Below are positions 39,401-49,168 of a stretch of 64,000 nucleotides of DNA, piece by piece. Source of the stretch: Dendrobates tinctorius (lineage: Eukaryota). The notes under the pieces were generated by a model. That model had not been told where the DNA came from. It saw nothing but the letters and a program-made list of their open reading frames with translations, and searched no databases. The stretch lies in the NCBI RefSeq assembly GCF_039654945.1, contig NW_027361806.1:27962001-28026000 (forward strand), in the 5' to 3' direction. The position numbers and the translations under genes are program-made. How positions within the stretch are numbered: position 1 is the stretch's first letter; every line of letters begins with the position of its first letter.

Positions 39401-42400
39401 ACGGTGGGTCTGTATGTATGGGGATTCTGTACGGTGGGTCTGTATTTATGGGGATTCTGTATGGGGTGTCTGTATGTATGGGGATTCTGTATGGGGTGTC
39501 TGTATGTATGGGGATTCTGTACGGTGGGTCTGTATGTATGGGGATTCTGTACAGTGGGTCTGTATGTATGGGGATTCTGTACGGTGGGTCTGTATGTATG
39601 GGGATTCTGTACAGGGTCTGTATGTATGGGGATTCTGTACGGTGGGTCTGTATGTATGGGGATTCTGTATGGGGTGTCTGTATGTATGGGGATTCTGTAC
39701 GGTGGGTCTGTATGTATGGGGATTCTGTACGGTGGGTCTGTATGTATGGGGATTCTGTACGGTGGGTCTGTATTTATGGGGATTCTGTATGGGGTGTCTG
39801 TATGTATGGGGATTCTGTATGGGGTGTCTGTATGTATGGGGATTCTGTACGGTGGGTCTGTATGTATGGGGATTCTGTACGGTGGGTCTGTATGTATGGG
39901 GATTCTGTACGGTGGGTCTGTATGTATGGGGATTCTGTATGGGGTGTCTGTATGTATGGGGATTCTGTATGGGGTGTCTGTATGTATGGGGATTCTGTAT
40001 GGAGTGTCTGTATGTATGGGGATTCTGTACGGTGGGTCTGTATGTATGGGGATTCTGTACGGTGGGTCTGTATGTATGGGGATTCTGTACGGTGGGTCTG
40101 TATGTATGGGGATTCTGTACGGTGGGTCTGTATGTATGGGGATTCTGTATGGGGTGTCTGTATGTATGGGGATTCTGTACGGTGGGTCTGTATGTATGGG
40201 GATTCTGTATGGAGTGTCTGTATGTATGGGGATTCTGTACGGTGGGTCTGTATGTATGGGGATTCTGTACGGTGGGTCTGTATGTATGGGGATTCTGTAT
40301 GGAGTGTCTGTATGTATGGGGATTCTGTACGGTGGGTCTGTATGTATGGGGATTCTGTACGGTGGGTCTGTATGTATGGGGATTCTGTACGGTGGGTCTG
40401 TATGTATGGGGATTCTGTATGGAGTGTCTGTATGTATGGGGATTCTGTACGGTGGGTCTGTATGTATGGGGATTCTGTACGGTGGGTCTGTATGTATGGG
40501 GATTCTGTACGGTGGGTCTGTATGTATGGGGATTCTGTATGGGGTGTCTGTATGTATGGGGATTCTGTACGGTGGGTCTGTATGTATGGGGATTCTGTAT
40601 GGAGTGTCTGTATGTATGGGGATTCTGTACGGTGGGTCTGTATGTATGGGGATTCTGTACGGTGGGTCTGTATGTATGGGGATTCTGTATGGAGTGTCTG
40701 TATGTATGGGGATTCTGTACGGTGGGTCTGTATGTATGGGGATTCTGTACGGTGGGTCTGTATGTATGGGGATTCTGTACGGTGGGTCTGTATGTATGGG
40801 GATTCTGTATGGGGTGTCTGTATGTATGGGGATTCTGTACGGTGGGTCTGTATGTATGGGGATTCTGTATGGAGTGTCTGTATGTATGGGGATTCTGTAC
40901 GGTGGGTCTGTATGTATGGGGATTCTGTATGGAGTGTCTGTATGTATGGGGATTCTGTACGGTGGGTCTGTATGTATGGGGATTCTGTACGGTGGGTCTG
41001 TATGTATGGGGATTCTGTACGGTGGGTCTGTATGTATGGGGATTCTGTATGGGGTGTCTGTATGTATGGGGATTCTGTACGGTGGGTCTGTATGTATGGG
41101 GATTCTGTATGGGGTGTCTGTATGGGGATTCTGTACGGTGGGTCTGTATGTATGGGGATTCTGTACGGTGGGTCTGTATGTATGGGGATTCTGTATGGGG
41201 TGTCTGTATGTATGGGGATTCTGTACGGTGGGTCTGTATGTATGGGGATTCTGTATGGAGTGTCTGTATGTATGGGGATTCTGTACGGTGGGTCTGTATG
41301 TATGGGGATTCTGTACGGTGGGTCTGTATGTATGGGGATTCTGTACGGTGGGTCTGTATGTATGGGGATTCTGTACGGTGGGTCTGTATGTATGGGGATT
41401 CTGTACGGTGGGTCTGTATGTATGGGGATTCTGTACGGTGGGTCTGTATGTATGGGGACTCTGTACGGTGGGTCTGTATGTATGGGGATTCTGTACGGTG
41501 GGTCTGTATGTATGGGGACTCTGTACGGTGGGTCTGTATGTATGGGGATTCTGTATGGAGTGTCTGTATGTATGGGGATTCTGTACGGTGGGTCTGTATG
41601 TATGGGGATTCTGTACAGGGTCTGTATGTATGGGGATTCTGTACGGTGGGTCTGTATGTATGGGGATTCTGTACGGTGGGTCTGTATGTATGGGGATTCT
41701 GTACAGGGTCTGTATGTATGGGGATTCTGTACGGTGGGTCTGTATGTATGGGGATTCTGTATGGGGCGTCTGTATGTATGGGGATTCTGTACGGTGGGTC
41801 TGTATGTATGGGGATTCTGTACGGTGGGTCTGTATGTATGGGGATTCTGTACGGTGGGTCTGTATGTATGGGGATTCTGTACGGTGGGTCTGTATGTATG
41901 GGGACTCTGTACGGTGGGTCTGTATGTATGGGGATTCTGTACGGTGGGTCTGTATGTATGGGGACTCTGTACGGTGGGTCTGTATGTATGGGGATTCTGT
42001 ATGGGGTGTCTGTATGTATGGGGATTCTGTACGGTGGGTCTGTATGTATGGGGATTCTGTACGGTGGGTCTGTATGTATGGGGACTCTGTACGGTGGGTC
42101 TGTATGTATGGGGATTATGTACGGTGGGTCTGTATGTACGGGGATTCTGTACGGTGGGTCTGTATGTATGGGGATTCTGTACGGTGGGTCTGTATGTATG
42201 GGGATTCTGTACGGTGGGTCTGTATGTACGGGGATTCTGTACAGGGTCTGTATGTATGGGGATTCTGTACGGTGGGTCTGTATGTATGGGGATTCTGTAT
42301 GGGGTGTCTGTATGTATGGGGATTCTGTACGGTGGGTCTGTATGTATGGGGATTCTGTATGGGGTGTCTGTATGTATGGGGATTCTGTACGGTGGGTCTG

Positions 42401-45400
42401 TATGTATGGGGATTCTGTACAGGGTCTGTATGTATGGGGATTCTGTACGGTGGGTCTGTATGTATGGGGATTCTGTATGGGGTGTCTGTATGTATGGGGA
42501 TTCTGTACGGTGGGTCTGTATGTATGGGGATTCTGTACGGTGGGTCTGTATGTATGGGGATTCTGTACGGTGGGTCTGTATGTATGGGGATTCTGTATGG
42601 GGTGTCTGTATGTATGGGGATTCTGTACGGTGGGTCTGTATGTATGGGGATTCTGTACAGGGTCTGTATGTATGGGGATTCTGTACGGTGGGTCTGTATG
42701 TATGGGGATTCTGTATGGGGTGTCTGTATGTATGGGGATTCTGTACGGTGGGTCTGTATGTATGGGGATTCTGTACGGTGGGTCTGTATGTATGGGGATT
42801 CTGTACGGTGGGTCTGTATGTATGGGGATTCTGTACGGTGGGTCTGCATGTATGGGGATTCTGTACGGTGGGTCTGTATGTATGGGGATTCTGTACGGTG
42901 GGTCTGTATTTATGGGGATTCTGTACGGTGTGTCTGTATGTACGGGGATTCTGTACGGTGTGTCTGTATGTATGGGGATTCTGTACGGTGGGTCTGTATT
43001 TATGGGGATTCTGTACGGTGTGTCTGTATGTATGGGGATTCTGTACGGTGTGTCTGTATGTACGGGGATTCTGTACGGTGGGTCTGTATGTACGGGGACT
43101 CTGTACGGTGGGTCTGTATGTATGGGGATTCTGTACGGTGGGTCTGTATGTATGGGGATTCTGTACGATGGGTCTGTATGTATGGGGATTCTGTACGGTG
43201 GGTCTGTATGTATGGGGACTCTGTACGGTGGGTCTGTATGTATGGGGATTCTGTACGGTGGGTCTGTATGTATGGGGATTCTGTACGGTGGGTCTGTATG
43301 TATGGGGATTCTGTACGGTGGGTCTGTATGTATGGGGATTCTGTACGGTGGGTCTGTATGTATGGGGATTCTGTACGGTGGGTCTGTATGTATGGGGACT
43401 CTGTACGGTGGGTCTGTATGTATGGGGATTCTGTACAGTGGGTCTGTATTTATGGGGATTCTGTACGGTGGGTCTGTATGTATGGGGATTCTGTACGGGG
43501 TGTCTGTATGTATGGGGATTCTGTACGGTGGGTCTGTATGTATGGGGACTCTGTACGGTGGGTCTGTATGTATGGGGATTCTGTACGGTGGGTCTGTATG
43601 TATGGGGATTCTGTACGGTGGGTCTGTATGTATGGGGACTCTGTACGGTGGGTCTGTATGTATGGGGATTCTGTACGGTGGGTCTGTATGTATGGGGATT
43701 CTGTATGAGGTGTCTGTATGTATGGGGATTCTGTATGGGGATTCTGTATGGGGCGTCTGTATGTATGGGGATTCTGTACGGTGGGTCTGTATGTATGGGG
43801 ATTCTGTACGGGGCGTCTGTATGTATGGGGACTCTGTACGGTGGGTCTGTATGTAAGGGGATTCTGTATGAGGCGTCTGTATGTATGGGGATTCTGTACG
43901 GTGGGTCTGTATGTATGGGGATTCTGTACGGTGGGTCTGTATGTATGCGGATTCTGTATGAGGCGTCTGTATGTATGGGGATTCTGTACGGTGGGTCTGT
44001 ATGTATGGGGATTCTGTATGAGGTGTCTGTATGTATGGGGATTCTGTATGGGGCGTCTGTATGTATGGGGATTCTGTACGGTGTCTGTATGTATGGGGAT
44101 TCTGTACGGTGTCTGTATGTATGGGGATTCTGTACGGGGCGTCTGTATGTATGGGGATTCTGTACGGTGGGTCTGTATGTATGGGGATTCTGTACGGTGG
44201 GTCTGTATGTATGGGGATTCTGTACGGTGGGTCTGTATGTATGGGGATTCTGTACGGTGGGTCTGTATGTATGGGGATTCTGTACGGTGGGTCTGTATGG
44301 GGCCTCTATGTATGGGGATTCTGTATGGGGCGTCTGGATACATTGGAGCTCTAAGTCGCCGTTCACTCCACAGAGCTTTCTACTTATTACTCCCTGGAGC
44401 TTCACCTTCTTTCCTCCAGATGGTTCCTGAGATCTGAGCCTTTATATTTAGCTCTAATTTTTATGGACTTGAAGAGGGCGACGCTCACTGGTAATTATGC
44501 AGAGCTGCCTAAAAACAGACCCACTTGGTAAAAACTAGAAAACAATTGCACTAAATAGAAAGCCCCATATCTCAGGAACCGTGCGGGAGGATTAAGAGAA
44601 GAACAAAAGACTCAGAGAAGCAGCGGGAATAAAATTAGAGCTAACGTTGGCACTGGAGACGCCACTCTGTAAGTGCAGTGTGAACGGAGCCTGAGAAGAC
44701 AACATTGAGGAAGTCTGTGATCAGAGAACTGCCGTGTGCAGATCGACGGAACATCATAGAGGCCGCAACAGCCAATCAGCAGCTTGTGATGTGAGGCGGC
44801 GGAGCGAGATCCGCCCTATAGGAACGCTGCACCGAGAATATGGAAACTTGTCCTAGTAACTCATGTAGGATCAGACCGATGTCATTGGGATCGTAATTTA
44901 CTGTGGTGTAAAACAGCAGGAAAGACGAGCCGCAGACAGCGAGGATGTGAACCCTGCCGGCCCCAAGGGGCAGCCGTCCCCGAGCAGCAGTCACCCTGAG
45001 GAGCAGCAGATGCCCCCCAAGGAGCAGCTGCCCTGAGGAGCAACCATCCCCGAGCAGCAGCCGCCTTGTCTCCATGTGACACAGTCTCCATGCAGGAACT
45101 TCATCAATCATGAGGCTACTATGCGTGTGTCCTGCAAGGTGACAGGGCGCAGCAGTACACGGAACGCTGCCCTGACCTCATACGCAGCTGGTAGAAATAT
45201 CATTATACTCCAGTCTTTTCTGCAATATTTTTTCCCGAATAAAAGACAGATCCGAAATATCAGACCGGTGGGGGCCCGACTCCCAATACCCCCCAATAAC
45301 CTGAAAGGACCCTGTCACTCCGCTCTGGAAGTGCGCCAAGTAGTCGCTGGACCGCTGCAGCATTGTCGGTCCCTGATTGGAAGTCGGTTCTCCATCAATC

Positions 45401-47961
45401 TGAAACTGATGACCTTAAAAAAAGCCAAAATCCATGTACAATATGTACAATGTGTGTGTATATATATGTAACCGAAGTGTTTCATAGCAGTACTAGTATA
45501 ATATATATATACATACTGTATATGTGTTTTGTATGGCGTTCTCTTCTCTTTCTGTTCTCCGTGCTTAGTGTGGCACACAGACACACAATGCAAAGACAGA
45601 GGCAACATCTCTCCTTTTTATCTCGTTTCTGATGTGATTTTCATATTGCCCACACTTGTTACTTGCCACAGGTGAGTGTAAACGAGCATCACATGCTGGA
45701 AACAAAGTTGTTTACCCACAATTTTGGAAAGGTGACAACGATTTTGCCGCGCCCATTTTGGGGGTTTTGTGAAATTATTTGCCCTTTTTCCTCTTTTTTT
45801 TTTTGTGTTGTTCCGATACACACAAAGGAAATAAACCTGTGTATAAGGCTGGTTTCACACTAGCGTATTTTACATGCAGCGCACAGCGCCGTTAAGCCCT
45901 GCCCCCTGCCCGCCCCTTCCAGTCATCTCCTCCTATCGCACGCGCATGTGATCTGCGCACCCTATCTTTAGCATAGAGTGCGCAGACCATGCGCTGGCCG
46001 TGCGTTAGTAGGATTTTTGCGTGCGCTGCGCACTTTTGAAGGTGCGCCAAGCGCGCCAAAATGCAACATGGTGCGTTCGGCGCACCTTCAAAAGTGTGCA
46101 GCGCATGCAAAAATCCTACTAGCGCACGGTCTGCGCATCCTATGCTGAAGATAGGGTGCGCAGATCGCATGCAGCCGTGTGCGATAGTAGGAGGAGATGA
46201 CCGGGCAGGGGGCGGGGCTTAGCGGCGCCGTGCGCTGCATGTAAAATACGCTAGTGTGAAACTAGCATCACAAAGCATGTGTAAAATGACTTTGTGCCAT
46301 AACTGTATGTGTGTATATGTATGATTTATATAGTGGTTCTAATAATATATACTGTGTTGCGGTATGTGTAGTGTATATGAGTAGCGTGTTTAGATCTACA
46401 GCTGCTTCCTGCAAAATGAGAATATCATCAAAAAGAGATTTTATTTCAGTTCTTCAATACAGACAGTGCCTCTCCTCTATTCTCTAGAGTCATTACACAC
46501 AGAGTGATCTATCTCACGGGTTTATTTCTGGTAATGTTGATGATTGTGGCTTACAGCCAATGAAAACCCAAAAGTCATTATCTCAGGATATTAGAATACT
46601 TTATAACACCAGCTGGAAATATGATTGTAAAATCTGAAATGTTGTCCTTCTGAAATGTATGATCAGTAAATGCACTCAGTACTTGGCCGGGGCTCCTCTG
46701 CATCAATGCGGTGTGGCATGGAGGCGATCAGCCTGTGGCACTGCTGAGGGGTTATGGAAGCCCAGGTCGCTTTGATAGCAGCCTTCAGCTCGTCTGCATT
46801 GTGGGGTCTGGTGTCTCTCTTCTTCCTCTTGACAATACTCCATAGATTCTCTATGGGGTTAAGGTCAGGCAAGTTTGCTGCCAATCAAGCACAGTGATAC
46901 TGTTATGTGTACACCAGGTATTGGTACTTTTGGCAGTGTGGACAGGGGCCAAGTCCTGCTGGAGAATGACATTTCCATCTCCATAAAGCTTGTCAGTAGA
47001 GGGAAGCATGAAGTGCTGTAAAATGTCCTGGTAGACGGCTGCGCTGACTTTGGTCTTGATACAACACAGTGGACCTACACCAGCAGATGACATGGCTCCC
47101 CAAACCATCACTGACTGTGGAGACTTCACACTAGACCTCCAGCAGCTTGGATTGTGGCCTCTCCACTCTTCCTCCAGACTCTGGACGGCAATTTCCAAAT
47201 GAAATGCAAAATTTACTTTCCTTGTGGAGTGTGTCAGTGACTGCCTTCTGGATATCGGTCAGGTCAGCAGTCTTCCCCATGATTGTGGAGCTACTGAAAC
47301 AGACTAAGGGACCTTTATAAACGCTTAGGAAACCATCATCAACATTACCAGAAATAAACCCGTGAGATAGATCACTCGGTGTGTGATGACTCTATAGCAG
47401 GGTTTCCCAACTCCAGTCCTCAAGGCACACCAACAGATCATGTTTTCAGGATTTCCTTTGTATTGCACAGGTGAAGCAATTATCACCTGAGCAATACTAA
47501 GGAAATCCTGAAAACATGATCTGTTGGTGTGCCTTGAGGACTGGAGTTGGGAAACCCTGCTCTATAGAATAGAGGAGAGTCACTTTTTGTATTGAAGAAC
47601 TGAAATAAATTCACTTTTTGATGACATTCTAATTTTGTAAGAAGCTCCTGTGCGTTTTATATATTTATATTATATAGCGGTACTAATAATGTACAGTATT
47701 GCAGTATGTGTAGTGTATACAAATGTAACGTGTGTAGATATATATTTTATATAGCGGTACTAATAATGTGTGCAGTGTTGTGGTGCGTTATTATCTTCCA
47801 AATTGAGAATTTGTGGGTAAATTGGAAGGTGCACTTGGGGGGGTTATCACTGAATTTGTGCCCCGGATGAAGACCTGCCTTCCTTCCTCTCGGGGTGGGA
47901 TATATTAGATGGGTTCCTCTTCATATCTTACCTTGAACGATCTCCAGTAGTTATGTGCCAT
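30349..47961 (-). CDS. UOX: Urate oxidase (uricase), complement join(47932..47961,35410..35622,35077..35193,32933..33011,32646..32832,32039..32162,30604..30687,30349..30423), 302 aa
   Basis: Eight GT-AG exons in phase (909 nt). Motifs [37 protein letters not shown] and LPNKHY, with C-terminal PTS1 SKL. Confidence 0.97.
30604..30687 (-). CDS. UOX: UOX exon 7 ([28 protein letters not shown])
   Basis: AG/GT boundaries and homology. Confidence 0.96.
30785..31245. repeat. 19-bp purine-rich minisatellite (GGAGGACGGGACGAGTAAC)n in UOX intron 6
   Basis: Tandem periodicity. Confidence 0.95.
31500..31635. repeat. 22-bp short tandem array (GTCCCGCGCTCCCCATCCTACG)n
   Basis: About 6 copies. Confidence 0.9.
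32039..32162 (-). CDS. UOX: UOX exon 6 ([41 protein letters not shown])
   Basis: AG/GT boundaries and homology. Confidence 0.96.
32646..32832 (-). CDS. UOX: UOX exon 5 ([40 protein letters not shown]...)
   Basis: AG/GT boundaries and homology. Confidence 0.96.
32933..33011 (-). CDS. UOX: UOX exon 4 ([26 protein letters not shown])
   Basis: AG/GT boundaries and homology. Confidence 0.96.
33133..33550. repeat. 57-bp minisatellite with a CTCF-like motif, left part
   Basis: Unit TATACAGGGAGCTCCCCCTAGTGGTGGCTGCAGACAGGATCTTATCATGTATCTCTG. Confidence 0.93.
33554..34683 (+). mobile_element. CR1 LINE, 5'-truncated, uninterrupted RT C-terminal ORF (33603-34610)
   Basis: [33 protein letters not shown] and RRLRGDL motifs, plus the 3' ATTCTATG terminal repeat. 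Confidence 0.97.
34707..34992. repeat. 57-bp minisatellite with a CTCF-like motif, right part
   Basis: The same unit resumes in register after the CR1. Confidence 0.93.
35077..35193 (-). CDS. UOX: UOX exon 3 ([39 protein letters not shown])
   Basis: AG/GT boundaries and homology. Confidence 0.96.
35349..35366 (+). promoter_or_regulatory. Candidate CTCF site
   Basis: GCCACCAGAGGGCGCTAG, a near-consensus CTCF core in UOX intron 2. Confidence 0.55.
35410..35622 (-). CDS. UOX: UOX exon 2 ([12 protein letters not shown]...[17 protein letters not shown])
   Basis: AG/GT boundaries and homology. Confidence 0.97.
35815..44335. repeat. 30-bp minisatellite (GTCTGTATGTATGGGGATTCTGTACGGTGG)n, about 8.5 kb, in UOX intron 1
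   Basis: Tandem periodicity, roughly 280 units. Confidence 0.98.
45847..46267. mobile_element. Palindromic Harbinger-type MITE
   Basis: TAA|GGCTGGTTTCACACTAGCG ... CGCTAGTGTGAAACTAGC. The whole element is an imperfect inverted repeat. Confidence 0.85.
46399..47650 (-). mobile_element. Tc1 transposon with long TIRs and degenerate transposase
   Basis: ORF pieces [17 protein letters not shown] and [10 protein letters not shown], with inverted ends of about 200 bp. Confidence 0.9.
47398..47559. mobile_element. hAT-type MITE nested in the Tc1 TIR
   Basis: CAGGGTTTCCCAACTCCAG ... CTGGAGTTGGGAAACCCTG near-perfect hairpin, with 8-bp TSD CTCTATAG (47390-47397, 47560-47567). Confidence 0.92.
47932..47961 (-). 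CDS. UOX: UOX exon 1 ([10 protein letters not shown])
   Basis: cggaggATGG Kozak context, a 30-nt coding part like mammalian MAHY..K exon 1, and an AAG|gtaaga donor in phase 0. Confidence 0.88.
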
Positions 47962-49067
47962 CCTCCGATCTGTGGCCGGAGCGGAGCAATGCCAGCTGTG
48001 TGTGGAGGGCTCCGGTCGGGGGCAGCTATTGTACGCGGACTTCGGGCCAATCCGAGTCTGTTTGTTCGGTTGAAGAGTAACCTCAACTCGGGGGTCACAG
48101 ATCTCTGATCGAGGTCAGTTATTTGTTAACTAGAAGTTTGTCTCCTCTCACGGACATTTTCAAGCCCAAAAAAAAAATCAACAAATGTTTCGGCCGTTCC
48201 GCATCGATCGCGCAGGCGGCTTCTCAATAAATGCCGCCATGACTTTAAACTTTGGCGTTAAAAAATAAATGGGAGATTATGAGGCTGAAATATCGTTTCC
48301 TGGACCCCGCGTCTAAAGATCCGCCCGATCCTTCAGAACGCACAATTTTCCACTTTAGTTTTTCTCTGTGAGTTTTCTGCGGGACGACTTGTACTTTCTA
48401 ATGACACCTTTAATTCTATCACTTATTAGGCTGGAAAACGGGAAAAAGTCCACGTGATGAAATAGAGAAAAACCGCGATTCCCCCGCTGCTCGATGCGTT
48501 TTCCTTTTGGGCCCTTCATTGTGGGTGACGATTCCCCCGGTCAGCGCCGTTACACCGACACCGGAGGTGGGGTGAATACATCACTGCTGATTTGTACTGC
48601 ACTTTTTGGGGAGGTTCGATTTTGGACCTTTGCAGAAGTGGAAATACCAAATATGTTTATTTTTGGATTGGGGAAGGGAGGGGCAAAGTAACAGGTTTTA
48701 TTTTTGTAATATTTAAACACTTTTTTGTTTTAGTCGCCGCAGGGCCAGTGGCTCTGGGATCAGTTGTGCGATCCTCTGCAATGACTCGGCGTCGTCCGCT
48801 CCTCTGCAGCAGAGGCTTCCATAGATTGTGGGGTCCACAGCGATCATTTATCATCTATTCCATGAAATGTTTTGTGTGCCTGGCCCTTTAACAAGTTTGT
48901 GGCCGGTCAGACACGTGGACGCCCAGTAACAGAACGTCGCTGGGATATTTCCACTTTCCCGGCAGTGAACGACGAGATCACATGATTTCACTTCCTGCTG
49001 CGGAGCTGAACATGAGAGGCCGGGACTTCTCCTTTACAGCCATTCTTGAACCATTCGGGGGGGGATC
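47962..49067. promoter_or_regulatory. Divergent UOX/DNASE2B promoter region
   Basis: Lies between two head-to-head ATGs. Contains CCAAT at 48047-48051, an HNF1-like GTTATTTGTTAAC at 48118-48130 and an HNF4-like CGGACTTCGGGCC at 48036-48048. Confidence 0.7.
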
Positions 49068-49168
49068 ATGTCCGGCCGCGGCTTGCTGTCTGCGCTCTGT
49101 ATGATCGGCGTCTCTCTGGTCACATGTGAGATCGCGTGTCGCAATGAAGGTGGAGATCCCGTAGACTG
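49068..49168 (+). CDS. DNASE2B: DNASE2B coding exon 1 (signal peptide + IACRNEGGDPVDW)
   Basis: ATG...GAC TG|gtaggt. Phase 2 fits the G at 56562 to make Trp. Confidence 0.92.

Noticed and set aside
35673-44430. 2600-2900 aa ORFs in three frames
   Set aside because: They are translations of a stop-free 30-bp minisatellite, open in several frames and on both strands, inside UOX intron 1.
44760-44830. CCAAT and GC-box cluster in UOX intron 1
   Set aside because: These short motifs are expected by chance in GC-rich DNA, and no associated exon or ORF was found.
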